Shown here in pieces: positions 41,182 to 52,428 of a stretch of 64,000 nt of DNA. The notes beneath the pieces are model-generated. The model had not been told where the DNA came from and ran no database searches. It worked only from the letters and a program-made list of their open reading frames with translations. The stretch lies in contig CAVTCR010000026.1 in NCBI GenBank assembly GCA_963733195.1, forward strand, positions 56,046 to 120,045. The letters run 5' to 3'. Made by a program: the position numbers and the translations under genes. Position 1 is the first letter of the stretch; each line of letters opens with the position of its first letter. The stretch comes from an uncultured delta proteobacterium. Its GTDB lineage: Bacteria > Desulfobacterota > Binatia > Bin18.

Positions 41182-42180
41182 TTGAGTGCTCTAGTGCCGC
41201 TGCAAGCCACACGGTCTGCTCTAAACGTTCCCGCTCCGCATCTACTCGTTACTGCTGAGCTTGAACTCGTTGAAAAGAAGCTTTCGAGTCTTGTTCAGTC
41301 TCGAGAGCCACTACTAAATGACATCGCCAACTATTTGGTGAAAGCGGGGGGAAAACGTGTCCGGCCAGCCGTTGCTATCCTCGTATTCCGTGCTTGCGGT
41401 GGAGAAAACCCGACGGATATTATTGACATCGCAACGGCGCTTGAACTCATCCACTCTGCTTCGCTTCTCCATGACGATATTATCGATGGCGGAGAGATGC
41501 GTCGAGGCAAGCCCTCGGCGTACTGTCGCTTTGGCTTACCGAATACACTGGTTGCTGGAGACTTCCTTTTTGGCCGCGCCTTTGCGCTCTGTGGCCGATT
41601 CGAAGAAAAGGTCGTTACGTGGATAACCGAGGCCTGTATTGGTCTGACTGAAGGCGAGGTGATGCAAGGACGCTTTCGTCGTAATCCTGCAGTTACGGTT
41701 GAGGACTATCTGGAGATCATCTCTCGCAAGACTGCCACCTTATTCGCCAATGGCGCGCGTGTAGGTGGATATTTGGCTGGCGCTTCCCAAGTTATAGTGG
41801 AAAGTGTGGCAACCAGCGGGTACTGCGCTGGCATGGCCTTTCAGATTGTTGACGACTTGCTTGATATTGAAGGTGATGGAGACCTGACGGGAAAACCGAT
41901 TGGCATTGACCTGAAAGATGGGAACCCATCGTTGCCGCTGGTGATGGCGATCCAGCTTGATGCAGACGTGCGCCGAGTTTTTGAAAAACAAGACCCGACT
42001 GCACAGGAGATCCAGGTAGCCTTAGAAAAAGTGCGACACTCTGGTGTCTTGGCTGAAGGCCAACGGATTGCCCGATCCTATGGGCAACAAGCGGTAGCTG
42101 CTCTGGAGAACCTTGAACCGTCCCCGTACTACGATAGCTTAGTCTATTTTACCCAACAACTCATCGACCGCATTGCCTGA
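41182..42180 (+). CDS. Polyprenyl diphosphate synthase
   Basis: GGKRVRP, LLHDDIID..RRG and FQIVDDLLD motifs. Confidence 0.93.
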   Translation: MSALVPLQATRSALNVPAPHLLVTAELELVEKKLSSLVQSREPLLNDIANYLVKAGGKRVRPAVAILVFRACGGENPTDIIDIATALELIHSASLLHDDIIDGGEMRRGKPSAYCRFGLPNTLVAGDFLFGRAFALCGRFEEKVVTWITEACIGLTEGEVMQGRFRRNPAVTVEDYLEIISRKTATLFANGARVGGYLAGASQVIVESVATSGYCAGMAFQIVDDLLDIEGDGDLTGKPIGIDLKDGNPSLPLVMAIQLDADVRRVFEKQDPTAQEIQVALEKVRHSGVLAEGQRIARSYGQQAVAALENLEPSPYYDSLVYFTQQLIDRIA

Positions 42181-42195
42181 CTATGGTAATCGGCA

Positions 42196-43026
42196 ATGAA
42201 ACCTGATGCTCCCCGCGAGGTCTTCCAACAGCTTACTGCCTCTCTGCGTTGGTATGTAGAGTCGCTGAAGGAGGGCGGGGTTACGGAACTGCCTGGCAGT
42301 CCTCGGCATGTTCCAGTGCCGACGGCCGAAAGTCCTATTCAGTCTGTACCTGTAGGCGCACAGAAAAAACAGAATGAGAATCCTCTATCGTCCCCGCCAA
42401 CTGTGCGTGTGGAGGTGCCAACAATGTCAGCACCAAGTAGTGATCTCTTTTCGGCTGCAAAGTTCGAGAAGGTTAACAGTTTAGAGGATTTACGTGCTGA
42501 GATTGGCGACTGTCGTCGTTGCAAGCTCTGCCAGGGGCGTACCAACATCGTGTTTGGGGTTGGCAACCCAAAAGCAGAGTTGATGTTTATTGGTGAAGGT
42601 CCAGGGCGTGACGAAGACCTCAAAGGCGAACCGTTTGTTGGTCGGGCAGGGCAGCTCTTGACAGAGATTATCACCAAAGGAATGAAAATGCGGCGGGACG
42701 AGGTCTATATCGCTAACGTGGTGAAATGCCGCCCGCCGGAGAACCGCAATCCTGAACCCGACGAGATCACTGCCTGTCAGCCCTTTCTGGTGAAACAAGT
42801 CGAATTAGTGAATCCGCGTATTATCGTTGCCCTGGGGACGTTTGCAGCGCAGACGTTGCTACAAAGTAAGACCCCGATTTCGCGACTGCGCGGGGTGTGG
42901 CACAGTTATCAAGGTGTTAAACTCATGCCGACACTTCATCCGGCGTATCTTTTGCGGAATCCCAATGACAAACGATTGGTGTGGCAAGATATTCAGGCGG
43001 TGCTGCGAGAAATGGGACGCTTATAA
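42196..43026 (+). CDS. Uracil-DNA glycosylase, family 4 (4Fe-4S)
   Basis: CRRCKL, GEGPG..ED, KCRPPENR and HPAYLLR motifs. Confidence 0.92.
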   Translation: MKPDAPREVFQQLTASLRWYVESLKEGGVTELPGSPRHVPVPTAESPIQSVPVGAQKKQNENPLSSPPTVRVEVPTMSAPSSDLFSAAKFEKVNSLEDLRAEIGDCRRCKLCQGRTNIVFGVGNPKAELMFIGEGPGRDEDLKGEPFVGRAGQLLTEIITKGMKMRRDEVYIANVVKCRPPENRNPEPDEITACQPFLVKQVELVNPRIIVALGTFAAQTLLQSKTPISRLRGVWHSYQGVKLMPTLHPAYLLRNPNDKRLVWQDIQAVLREMGRL

Positions 43027-44353
43027 GTTTGCTTGTCTCGGAGGCTTCGGAGTTTTCTTTCTTGCCTATAGCCTTCTCGCTTTGCCGGTACGTTCTGCCG
43101 AGACAGGTGGCGCTGCGAAGCATATCAATCTCATCGCGATTGATGCAGCGATAAATCCCGCTATTGCCGATTTCATTCACGAAAGTATCACCCGTTCGAC
43201 AGAGGAAGGGGCGTACGCTCTGGTGATTCAGCTCGACACCCCAGGTGGGCTGCTGAATTCGACGAGAACGATTGTCAAAGACATCCTTGGTGCCCCACTA
43301 CCGGTGATTGTGTATGTTGCGCCGAGTGGAGCTGGCGCCGGATCCGCCGGAGTGTTTATCACGATGGCCGGACATATTGCGGCGATGGCTCCAGGGACCA
43401 CGATCGGTGCCGCCCACCCGGTTGGTAGCGGAGGGCAGGATATCGAAGGCGATATGGGCGAGAAGATCGAGAACTTCACGACGTCGTTCAGTGAAAGTAT
43501 CGCGCAGCGTCGCGGGCGCAACGTAGAGTGGGCGAAGAAAGCCGTACGCGACAGTGTCGCGATCACGGAAATAGAAGCATTACAAAAGAAAGTCGTTGAT
43601 GTCGTTGCTACGGACATTCAAGACTTGCTTCGAAAAGCCAATGGCCGCAAGGTTGAGGTTGGCAGTACGCAGATCACTCTTGACTTCCGGCCGGCGCAAC
43701 TAGAAGGTGGTACCTTTCGAGTTTCCCAGATCGACATGCGGCTTAAGCATCGCGTACTCAACTTCCTTGCCGATCCGAATGTTGCTTATCTGCTCATGAT
43801 GGCCGGTATTCTCGGCCTTTACGTCGAGTTCACTAATCCCGGTGTGATTTTTCCAGGAGTAGTCGGAGGGATCTGCCTTTTACTTGCTTTTGCGGCCTTT
43901 CAAGTACTACCGATCAACTATTCAGGGCTTCTCCTTGTGTTGCTGGGGATCGGGCTGCTCATTGCCGAAGTTTTTCTTCCCACCTTCGGCGTTCTCGGGG
44001 TCGGTGGAGTGATTGCCTTCGTATTGGGCTCGCTGTTTCTCTTTGATGCGCCGGACTCGGATTTGCTCGTGGATCGCAGTATTATCGCGTCGGTGGGGGC
44101 TGGTGTTGCGATCATCATGCTCTTTGTTGGTACCCTTGCGGTTCGTACCTTCGGCCAACGATCGGTGTCGGGAATCGACGGATTAATTGGAACAACTGGT
44201 GAAGTGCAGGTACGTATAGCTCCACGGGGAAAAGTATGGATTCACGGAGAGTATTGGAGTGCCGAGAGCGATGAGAACCTCGAAGTAGGGCAGAAAGTCC
44301 AAGTCGTCAGTGTCAAAGACTTGGTGCTGCACGTGCGTAAAGCTGCGGTGTAA
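42965..44353 (+). CDS. nfeD: NfeD family membrane-bound serine protease (long form)
   Basis: LDTPGG, SAG, IGAAHP, TM bundle and C-terminal GE.WSA OB-fold; start uncertain. Confidence 0.88.
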   Translation: MTNDWCGKIFRRCCEKWDAYKFACLGGFGVFFLAYSLLALPVRSAETGGAAKHINLIAIDAAINPAIADFIHESITRSTEEGAYALVIQLDTPGGLLNSTRTIVKDILGAPLPVIVYVAPSGAGAGSAGVFITMAGHIAAMAPGTTIGAAHPVGSGGQDIEGDMGEKIENFTTSFSESIAQRRGRNVEWAKKAVRDSVAITEIEALQKKVVDVVATDIQDLLRKANGRKVEVGSTQITLDFRPAQLEGGTFRVSQIDMRLKHRVLNFLADPNVAYLLMMAGILGLYVEFTNPGVIFPGVVGGICLLLAFAAFQVLPINYSGLLLVLLGIGLLIAEVFLPTFGVLGVGGVIAFVLGSLFLFDAPDSDLLVDRSIIASVGAGVAIIMLFVGTLAVRTFGQRSVSGIDGLIGTTGEVQVRIAPRGKVWIHGEYWSAESDENLEVGQKVQVVSVKDLVLHVRKAAV

Positions 44354-44369
44354 GAAAGCGAAGGAGCAT

Positions 44370-45143
44370 ATGGGTGAATTAATTTCCGCCATCGGTTCAG
44401 TAGGACCAGCAACTATATTAGTGCTTGTCTTCTTGGCAAGTACCATTAAACGCTTCCTTGAATACGAACGAGGCGTGATCTTTCGTTTGGGACGGCTTCT
44501 GCCTACACCTCGAGGTCCAGGGATTACGTTTGTGATTCCGCTCATCGAACAAATGGTGAAGGTAGATATGCGCACCATTACTATGGACATTCCGCCGCAA
44601 GACGTGATCACCAAAGACAACGTCTCGGTAAAAGTGAATGCGGTTCTGTACTTCCGAGTTGTTGACCCGAACAAAGCGATCGTTCAAGTTGAAAATTATC
44701 TCTTTGCCTCCTCGCAATTGGCGCAGACGACCCTGCGGAGTGTGTGTGGACAAGGAGAGCTGGACGATTTGCTGTCAGAGCGCGACAAGATCAATTCCCG
44801 TCTGCAAGAGATTATTGATACCCATACCGGTCCCTGGGGGATAAAAGTTTCGCTGGTTGAAATCAAACATATCGACTTGCCACAAGAAATGCAGCGCGCA
44901 TTGGCGAAGCAAGCGGAAGCTGAACGTGAACGTCGAGCAAAGATCATTAACGCCGAAGGTGAATTTCAAGCCGCACAGCGGCTCGCGGATGCTTCGGCAA
45001 TTATCGAACAACACCCTGTCGCCCTCCAGCTTCGCTACCTTCAGACCCTCTCCGAGATTGCGACAGAGAACAATTCGACTACGTTGTTTCCAGTGCCGAT
45101 TGATCTTCTTACGCCGTTTTTTACGCCGAAGAAAACGAACTAA
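44370..45143 (+). CDS. SPFH/stomatin-like (slipin) protein
   Basis: [21 protein letters not shown] and LQLRYLQTL motifs; canonical partner of nfeD. Confidence 0.93.
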   Translation: MGELISAIGSVGPATILVLVFLASTIKRFLEYERGVIFRLGRLLPTPRGPGITFVIPLIEQMVKVDMRTITMDIPPQDVITKDNVSVKVNAVLYFRVVDPNKAIVQVENYLFASSQLAQTTLRSVCGQGELDDLLSERDKINSRLQEIIDTHTGPWGIKVSLVEIKHIDLPQEMQRALAKQAEAERERRAKIINAEGEFQAAQRLADASAIIEQHPVALQLRYLQTLSEIATENNSTTLFPVPIDLLTPFFTPKKTN

Positions 45144-45345
45144 AGGGAGTCATAGAGAAACTGTGGGGTACTGTCCCCACACCCTCGAGATTCTTCGTCG
45201 TGCACTCTCAGAAGACACTTAGCAAAATCAACTTGTCTGACTCTCGGTTCCTCTTATAGTCGATCCGTTCCCGCGTCGTCCTCTACAGTTTCCGGTGCGT
45301 CCACCGATAATTCTTCCTAAGGAAAAGCTCGCTTAGGGAAGAATA

Positions 45346-47307
45346 ATGACCACGCCCCTCCGTGTCCTGATTCTCGAAGACCAAGAGGATGACTGTCTTC
45401 TCATGCTGCACGAACTGCGGCGTGAGGGCTTCCTTGCCGATTGGCATCGAGTCGAAACCGAGGCCGAATTCCGCGCCCATGTAACCGATCCGCTAGACTT
45501 AATTCTTGCTGATTACTCCCTGCCACAGTTTGATGCTATTCGTGCACTCAATGTGAGAAATGAACATGGTGTAGACGTCCCGTTCATTATTGTTTCTGGC
45601 AGCATCAGCGAAGAAGTCGCGGTGGAATGCATGAAACGAGGAGCGGCAGATTATCTGATCAAGGATCGTATGAGGCGGCTCGGGCCGGCTATCTCACACG
45701 CGTTACATGAAAAATACCTCAGAGAAGAAAAACGGCGAGCCGAGGTGGCACTGCGAGAAAGCGAGGCGCGGTTTGCCCTCGCTCTTCGTGGCACCAACGA
45801 TGGTTTGTGGGATATGAAATTTTCTTCCGAGTTCCCCTTGTTACACCCGCAAACTCCGGTGTACTACTCGTCACGTTTTCAGTCTTTACTCGGCTATCAG
45901 GAGGAAGAGTTCGGAACGTGTCTACAGAGCTGGTTGGAGTGTCTCCATCAAGATGACCAAGTCCGTGTTGGTGCCGCGCTCGAAGCTCACCTGTACGAAC
46001 AGGTCCCCTACTGCATCGAATATCGTGTGCGCACCAAGAACAATAACTACCTGTGGGTGATTGGGCACGGACAGGCTCTGTGGGATACTGCTGGACGTCC
46101 GACCCGAATGGCTGGGTCGATCCGGGACATTAGCGAGCGAAAGCAAGGGGAAGCCGCACTCCGCAAGGCTCACGACGAGCTTGAGCTGCGGGTTGACGAA
46201 CGCACAGCTCAACTTGCACAGGTCAACGAATCCTTACGCAAAAGCGAGGAGCGATATCGTAATCTCGCACAGCACTTCCCCAATGGCGTTGTCGCTCTCT
46301 TTGACCACGAACTTCGCTACACTTTGGCAGAAGGAGCGGGGCTGGCACAGTTAGGGATTACCAAAAACGTGATCGAAGGCAAAACAGTTGCAGAAGTGTG
46401 GCCAGCGGAGTTAGGCGCCATTATCGCGCAAAAGTACCATGCCGCACTGGCAGGTAAGGAGACAGTAACGGAGATCAGTCACAACCAGCGCATTCACTTA
46501 TTGTATGCACTTCCACTGACCAATGGAGAAGGCGAAGTTTATGCCGGGATGATGATGACGCAAGACATTACGGCTCGGATTGAAGTCGAGCGTCTGAAAG
46601 AAGAACTGGTAGGTATTGTCAGTCACGAGTTACGGACGCCACTCACCAGCCTGCGTGGATTTTCTGAGTTGCTATTGAACAAACAATTCTCTCCAGAGCA
46701 GCAACGAAAATTTCTGACGATCATTGAACAAGAATCGACTCGGCTTGCCAACTTAATAAACGACTTTCTCGACCTTCGCCGCATTGAGGCTGGCCGACAG
46801 GTACTTCATTTGGATACCGTCGATATCCGTGCGCTTATACGGGAACGCGCTGATATGCTTCCACCTAGTGACGGCCAGCGGGATATTATTCTTGTCCTCC
46901 CGGAATCCGACCTCTCTGTCTGGGCTGATGAAGATCGGGTACGCCAAGTCCTGGCAAATTTATTCTCTAACGCAGTGAAATACTCACCAAACGGTGGAGC
47001 GATTTGTGTTAAGGCGTATCAAGATGGTGGTGAGGTGGTCGTCTCGGTAACCGACCAAGGCATCGGTATTCCGCGAGATGCTATCCCGAAACTCTTTGGC
47101 AAATTCTTTCGCGTGAATCAAACCCAAACCAAAAACATTGGTGGAACCGGGCTTGGGTTAGCACTCGTAAAAGAGATCATCGAAGCCCACCACGGACGTG
47201 TGTGGGTAGAGAGCGCGCTCGGCGAAGGCAGTACCTTCTTCTTTTCCCTTCCAACTCCTACAGCTCTGGTGCAACGAGAGCCTCAAGCAAGTCTGACAGT
47301 TGCCTGA
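45346..47307 (+). CDS. Cytoplasmic REC-PAS-PAS histidine kinase
   Basis: N-terminal receiver; DGLWD...RDISERK PAS; SHELRTPL; NAVKYS; GTGLGL. Confidence 0.92.
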   Translation: MTTPLRVLILEDQEDDCLLMLHELRREGFLADWHRVETEAEFRAHVTDPLDLILADYSLPQFDAIRALNVRNEHGVDVPFIIVSGSISEEVAVECMKRGAADYLIKDRMRRLGPAISHALHEKYLREEKRRAEVALRESEARFALALRGTNDGLWDMKFSSEFPLLHPQTPVYYSSRFQSLLGYQEEEFGTCLQSWLECLHQDDQVRVGAALEAHLYEQVPYCIEYRVRTKNNNYLWVIGHGQALWDTAGRPTRMAGSIRDISERKQGEAALRKAHDELELRVDERTAQLAQVNESLRKSEERYRNLAQHFPNGVVALFDHELRYTLAEGAGLAQLGITKNVIEGKTVAEVWPAELGAIIAQKYHAALAGKETVTEISHNQRIHLLYALPLTNGEGEVYAGMMMTQDITARIEVERLKEELVGIVSHELRTPLTSLRGFSELLLNKQFSPEQQRKFLTIIEQESTRLANLINDFLDLRRIEAGRQVLHLDTVDIRALIRERADMLPPSDGQRDIILVLPESDLSVWADEDRVRQVLANLFSNAVKYSPNGGAICVKAYQDGGEVVVSVTDQGIGIPRDAIPKLFGKFFRVNQTQTKNIGGTGLGLALVKEIIEAHHGRVWVESALGEGSTFFFSLPTPTALVQREPQASLTVA

Positions 47308-47461
47308 TCATATCGCCCGAGTCTCATGAGTTTTGACTCGACCGAGACGAAGGCCCCGATTCGTTACAGCGGTTCCCTGGTTGTTTTGCGAACGACCACT
47401 ATAGCGGTTTGTGGAATTGAGCGACTCCTTGCTTATGCCCTTACAGTCCATGATGTGCTTT

Positions 47462-47489
47462 GTAGAGGCGCGACATATCGCGTCTCTAC
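47462..47489. repeat. REP palindrome, GTAG type
   Basis: gtagaggcgcga-cata-tcgcgtctctac. Confidence 0.75.
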
Positions 47490-47637
47490 GGGGCTAACTC
47501 CTAACTCCCGGTCCCTTTCCTCACAAGCCCTTGTCCCACTGCCATGGGCATGCTAGGGACCAAGAAGTACATACTTTTCGATGAAGTGATCTAACTGAGG
47601 GAGGGCATTTCTGATTCGCCCACTCTCCGGTTCTCCT

Positions 47638-49140
47638 ATGCCTTCCCGCTACGTTGCTGCCATCGACCAGGGCACCACCAGCACCCGCTTCATGGTGTTC
47701 GACCAGATAGGGCGCATCATTACTACTGCGCAACAAGAACACCGACAAATCTATCCCCAACCTGGCTGGGTCGAACATGATCCGCGAGAAATATGGCGGT
47801 GCGTCGAAGAGGTTATCGCTGCGGGCCTTCAGCATGGACGGGTGACGTCACAGGATATTGTTGCGCTTGGGGTGACAAACCAACGAGAAACGACCGTTGT
47901 CTGGAATCGCAAGACCGGGGATCCTGTATGCAATGCGATCGTGTGGCAGGACACGCGGACGCTTGATCTCTGCAAACGGTTTACCGCACAAGGCGCAGAA
48001 TTATGGCTTCGCCCTCGTGTCGGTTTGCCACTCGCGACCTATTTTTCCGGTCCGAAGCTGGCGTGGATTCTTGAAAACGTGCCTGGAGTGCGAGCCAAAG
48101 CTGAGCGTGGCGATGCTCTCTTCGGGACTATTGATACCTGGCTTATCTGGAACCTTACCGGAGGCGTACATGGGGGCGTGCACGTGACTGATGTCACCAA
48201 TGCCAGCCGGACCATGCTCATGGACTTACAGACCCTAGAATGGGACGAAGAGATTCTTGGGCTTTTTGGCATCCCACGGACGATGTTACCGGAGATCCTC
48301 TCCTCCAGTGAGACGTACGGTCTATGCGGTCCTCCATTATCTAATATTCCCATTGCTGGGGATCTCGGTGACCAACAGGCGGCGCTCTTTGGACAGACCT
48401 GCTTCTCTCCAGGAGAAGCGAAGAATACGTATGGCACTGGTTGTTTCATGCTGATGAATACTGGCCAGGCTATTGTGCCGTCGTCCGCTGGCTTGCTGAC
48501 TACAGTTGCCTACCAGCTCGGTCGTACGCCACCGGTCTATGCGCTCGAAGGATCGATTGCAATGGCGGGAGCACTCGTACAATGGTTACGCGATAACCTT
48601 GGCCTCATTGAGAAGTCTACTGACATTGAAGCTTTAGCACGGACAGTGACTGACAATGGTGGTATCTTTTTCGTTCCGGCGTTCTCTGGCTTGTTTGCTC
48701 CCTATTGGAAGAACGATGCACGTGGGGTTATTGTCGGACTCACTGGTTACGTGACAAAAGGGCACCTTGCTCGTGCGGTACTGGAAGCCACCGCGTGGCA
48801 GACTCGCGAAGTGCTTGAGGCGATGAATGTGGACGCCGGGCTGCCGTTGAAAGTGATGAATGTTGACGGTGGGATGGTGAACAACGAGTTACTCATGCAG
48901 TTTCAGGCTGATATTCTTGGGGTACCAATAATCCGTCCGAGGTGTACAGAAACGACGGCTCTTGGAGCGGCCTATGCCGCTGGGCTTGCGGTGGGAGTCT
49001 GGAGAACGGTGGATGATCTCCGAGTACAGTGGGGAAAGGACAAAGAGTGGACTCCGAAGATGGACTCGATAGTGCGGGAGAAGCTCTATCGCGATTGGAA
49101 ACGAGCCGTCACCCGAACATTTGCCTGGATCGAAGAGTGA
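47638..49140 (+). CDS. glpK: Glycerol kinase
   Basis: [31 protein letters not shown] and KNTYGTGCF motifs. Confidence 0.96.
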   Translation: MPSRYVAAIDQGTTSTRFMVFDQIGRIITTAQQEHRQIYPQPGWVEHDPREIWRCVEEVIAAGLQHGRVTSQDIVALGVTNQRETTVVWNRKTGDPVCNAIVWQDTRTLDLCKRFTAQGAELWLRPRVGLPLATYFSGPKLAWILENVPGVRAKAERGDALFGTIDTWLIWNLTGGVHGGVHVTDVTNASRTMLMDLQTLEWDEEILGLFGIPRTMLPEILSSSETYGLCGPPLSNIPIAGDLGDQQAALFGQTCFSPGEAKNTYGTGCFMLMNTGQAIVPSSAGLLTTVAYQLGRTPPVYALEGSIAMAGALVQWLRDNLGLIEKSTDIEALARTVTDNGGIFFVPAFSGLFAPYWKNDARGVIVGLTGYVTKGHLARAVLEATAWQTREVLEAMNVDAGLPLKVMNVDGGMVNNELLMQFQADILGVPIIRPRCTETTALGAAYAAGLAVGVWRTVDDLRVQWGKDKEWTPKMDSIVREKLYRDWKRAVTRTFAWIEE

Positions 49141-49173
49141 TATGTTTAGGGAGTGTGTAAAGGAGGGAGGATC

Positions 49174-50040
49174 ATGCGTAACAAAGTAGAGAGGATGCTG
49201 TTAGGTCCGCACTTCACTCGACGTGAGTTTGTCCTGACTTCATTAGCCGCTGGGTTTGCCTTGGCGGTTCAACCAGTGTCAGCACAAACGATGATTACGA
49301 CAGATGCTACTGGACTAGAAGTAGGCGAGATCAAGATTCCTGTCTCTGAGGGACAAATCCCCGCCTATCGCGCGATGCCGAACAGCGGCGGGCCATTTCC
49401 GGTGGTATTGGTGGTGCAAGAAATCTTTGGCGTCCATGAACACATCAAAGATGTCTGTCGGCGGTTTGCTAAACTCGGCTACCTTGCGATTGCACCGGAG
49501 ATGTATGCTCGGCAGGGAGATGTGTCTCAAATAGCCGACATTAACGAAGTCATTAGCAAAGTGGTCTCTAAAGTACCGGATGCGCAAGTGATGGCTGATC
49601 TTGATGCTGCGGTAGCGTGGGCAGAAAAATCAGCAAAAGGGGATGTAAGCAAGCTTGGCATCACGGGTTTTTGTTGGGGAGGACGTGTCGTATGGCTGTA
49701 TGCCGCGCACAGCGCACGACTGAAAGCCGGAGTGGCTTGGTATGGCCGATTAGTTGGGCAAGCAAGCGACTTGACCCCGAAGCACCCGATTGATGTGGCA
49801 GCCACCCTCAAAGCGCCAGTGTTGGGGTTATATGGTGGCGCAGATGCTGGCATCCCGAACGACACTGTTGAGCAGATGCAAAAAACCTTACAAGCGGCGA
49901 AGAGCCCATCACAAGTCGTGCTCTATCCCGACACTCCGCACGGCTTCTATGCGGACTATCGACCGAGCTATCGCAAGGAGCAAGCGCAGGATGGTTGGAA
50001 GCGGTTACAGGAGTGGTTTAAGAAGTTTGGTGTGGCATAA
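49174..50040 (+). CDS. Dienelactone hydrolase family protein (YghX-like, Tat-like leader)
   Basis: TRREFV, QEIFGV, GFCWGG and HGF motifs. Confidence 0.9.
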   Translation: MRNKVERMLLGPHFTRREFVLTSLAAGFALAVQPVSAQTMITTDATGLEVGEIKIPVSEGQIPAYRAMPNSGGPFPVVLVVQEIFGVHEHIKDVCRRFAKLGYLAIAPEMYARQGDVSQIADINEVISKVVSKVPDAQVMADLDAAVAWAEKSAKGDVSKLGITGFCWGGRVVWLYAAHSARLKAGVAWYGRLVGQASDLTPKHPIDVAATLKAPVLGLYGGADAGIPNDTVEQMQKTLQAAKSPSQVVLYPDTPHGFYADYRPSYRKEQAQDGWKRLQEWFKKFGVA

Positions 50041-50070
50041 GTAGTGGCGCCAGTTGTTATAGGGGCTGAT

Positions 50071-50964
50071 GTGATTATCAAAGGGATCATTCTTGCTGGC
50101 GGGTCTGGTACGCGCCTGTACCCACTTACTCATGTGGTGAGTAAGCAGTTGATGCCTGTTTACGATAAGCCGTTGATCTATTATCCGCTGTGTACCCTGA
50201 TGGAGGCAGGCATCACTGAGATCCTTGTAATAACTACCCCTCAGGACCGCGAGGTATTCCGGTCCTTGTTGAAGGACGGGACGCAGTGGGGGGTTCGCAT
50301 CCAGTATGCTGTCCAGCCGAGCCCGGATGGCCTTGCCCAAGCCTTCATTATCGGTCGGGAGTTTATTGGAGGTGGTGGTTGTGCCCTCGTGCTTGGGGAT
50401 AATATTTTTTATGGACAAGGACTCTCAGAACGGTTACGACGAGCTGCGGCTTGCGAGTACGGAGCGACGGTGTTTGGCTATTGGGTGCACGACCCGCAAC
50501 GGTATGGCGTTGCGGAGTTCGATGCTAACGGAAATGTGTTGAGTATAGAAGAGAAACCTTCTCAGCCTCGGTCAAACTACGCCGTGACAGGGCTCTATTT
50601 TTACGATAATCAAGTGGTCGACATTGCCGCGAGGCTACGGCCTTCGCCGCGGGGAGAGTTAGAAATTACCGACGTAAACAAACAGTACCTCGACCAACGA
50701 GAACTCCGTGTGGAGCGACTCGGGCGTGGTGTGGCGTGGTTAGATACTGGAACCCCAACGTCGTTGCTACAGGCAGCAAACTTTATCGAGACGATTGAAC
50801 AACGCCAAGGCCTCAAGATTGCCTGTCCAGAAGAAGTAGCGTATAGCTTAGGACTTATCAGTGGCGAGCAACTAGAAGCCTTAGCCTTGCCGTTACAAAA
50901 AAGCGGCTATGGACAGTATCTGCTCGATCTGCTGCGCACTGGGCGCCCCTATGAACGTGAGTAA
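50071..50964 (+). CDS. rfbA: Glucose-1-phosphate thymidylyltransferase
   Basis: [28 protein letters not shown] and WLDTGT motifs. Confidence 0.96.
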   Translation: MIIKGIILAGGSGTRLYPLTHVVSKQLMPVYDKPLIYYPLCTLMEAGITEILVITTPQDREVFRSLLKDGTQWGVRIQYAVQPSPDGLAQAFIIGREFIGGGGCALVLGDNIFYGQGLSERLRRAAACEYGATVFGYWVHDPQRYGVAEFDANGNVLSIEEKPSQPRSNYAVTGLYFYDNQVVDIAARLRPSPRGELEITDVNKQYLDQRELRVERLGRGVAWLDTGTPTSLLQAANFIETIEQRQGLKIACPEEVAYSLGLISGEQLEALALPLQKSGYGQYLLDLLRTGRPYERE

Positions 50965-51520
50965 TACTTCTCTGCCGGGCATTATTCTGATTGAGCCTCG
51001 CGTGTTTGCGGATGCGCGCGGGTTTTTCCTGGAAACGTGGCAGCAAGAGCGTTATCAGGAATATGGATTGCCAACCCATTTCGTGCAGGACAATCTCTCT
51101 TCTTCAGTACGCGGAACGTTACGCGGACTACACTTTCAGTATCCGCATGCGCAGGGCAAACTCGTCTATGTGGTGCAAGGAGAAGTGCTCGATGTCGCAG
51201 TGGATATTCGTGTTGGTTCGCCGACTTTTGGCCGCTCGTACGGAATCGTGCTGTCGAGTGAGAATAAGCGCCAACTGTATATTCCTGAGGGCTTCGCGCA
51301 TGGATTTTGTGTGATGAGTGAATATGCCGTAGTGATGTATAAATGCACTGACTTCTATGCGCCCCAGGCAGAAGGTGGTGTGTTGTGGTGCGATCCTGAC
51401 TTAGATATTGCGTGGCCGGTACGAGTACCGACGCTGTCAGATAAAGATCAGCGCTATCTTCCGCTTCAGAAGATTCCGCACGAACGCTTACCGCGCTATG
51501 GTGAGGAAGGGGTCGAGTGA
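50951..51520 (+). CDS. rfbC: dTDP-4-dehydrorhamnose 3,5-epimerase
   Basis: DARGFF, QDN.S.S..GTLRGLH and GFAHGF motifs. Confidence 0.95.
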   Translation: MNVSNTSLPGIILIEPRVFADARGFFLETWQQERYQEYGLPTHFVQDNLSSSVRGTLRGLHFQYPHAQGKLVYVVQGEVLDVAVDIRVGSPTFGRSYGIVLSSENKRQLYIPEGFAHGFCVMSEYAVVMYKCTDFYAPQAEGGVLWCDPDLDIAWPVRVPTLSDKDQRYLPLQKIPHERLPRYGEEGVE

Positions 51521-52428
51521 TTGCAGTTCGTCTGTGGACTCCAAACAGTAAGACTTCTTCTATTCGTACCGCAGTGATACCGGCAAGAGTCATACGTCAA
51601 CAGAGGAAGGAGTGGAGCGCGCGGCTCCATCCGTTCTCTCCCTTTGTTATCTTGTGGCGTTATCGAGATCTGGTTTGGCAAATGACCAAACGCGAAGTGA
51701 TTGGTCGCTATCGTGGTTCGGTCCTGGGCGTCTTCTGGTCGTTCTTGACTCCGCTCTGTATGCTGGCGATCTATTCCTTTGTCTTCGGTTTCGTGTTGAA
51801 AGTCCGCTGGCGGGCCGAATCACAGAGCCAGATAGAATCTTCCCTTATCCTGTTTGCTGGACTGGTGATGTACGGCTTGTTTGCGGAGTGTGTTACACGG
51901 GCACCAGGGTTGATCGTGAGCAACGCGAACTATGTGAAGAAGGTGATTTTTCCGCTGGAAATCTTCCCCTGGGTGATCATGGGAGCGGCGCTGTTTCATG
52001 CCCTGATGAGCCTCGTTGTCGTGATCATCTTCACAATCGGTGTCTATGACGCTTTGCCATGGACAGTTCTCACACTTCCGGTGATTGTCGTACCGTTTGT
52101 ACTCATGACAGTGGGCATTTGCTGGTTCCTGTCTTCGCTTGGTGTTTTCCTCCGCGATATCAACCAGACGGTAGGGTTAATCACGACCGCCTTGCTATTT
52201 TTGAGTCCCATTCTCTATCCTACCTCGGCTGTTCCTCCGTCCGTACAATTTGTACTGTTAGTGAACCCCCTGACGTTCGTTGTTGAGCAAGTTCGTGGTG
52301 CGTTACTGTGGGGACAGGTACCCCATTGGGCAGGGGTTGGGTACTATTTCGTTGGCAGTGTTGTGGTAGCCTGGCTCGGGTTATGGTGGTTCCAGAAGAC
52401 TCGCCGGGGGTTTGCTGATGTCCTCTGA
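51517..52428 (+). CDS. wzm: ABC-2 polysaccharide export permease
   Basis: RYRGSVLG..W, NYVKKVIFP, RDI, P..YP and NP motifs; ends FADVL. Confidence 0.92.
   Translation: MIAVRLWTPNSKTSSIRTAVIPARVIRQQRKEWSARLHPFSPFVILWRYRDLVWQMTKREVIGRYRGSVLGVFWSFLTPLCMLAIYSFVFGFVLKVRWRAESQSQIESSLILFAGLVMYGLFAECVTRAPGLIVSNANYVKKVIFPLEIFPWVIMGAALFHALMSLVVVIIFTIGVYDALPWTVLTLPVIVVPFVLMTVGICWFLSSLGVFLRDINQTVGLITTALLFLSPILYPTSAVPPSVQFVLLVNPLTFVVEQVRGALLWGQVPHWAGVGYYFVGSVVVAWLGLWWFQKTRRGFADVL

Noticed and set aside
50071-51520. Absence of rmlB/rmlD as a novel sugar pathway
   Set aside because: Split rml loci are common, and the genes may lie outside the window.
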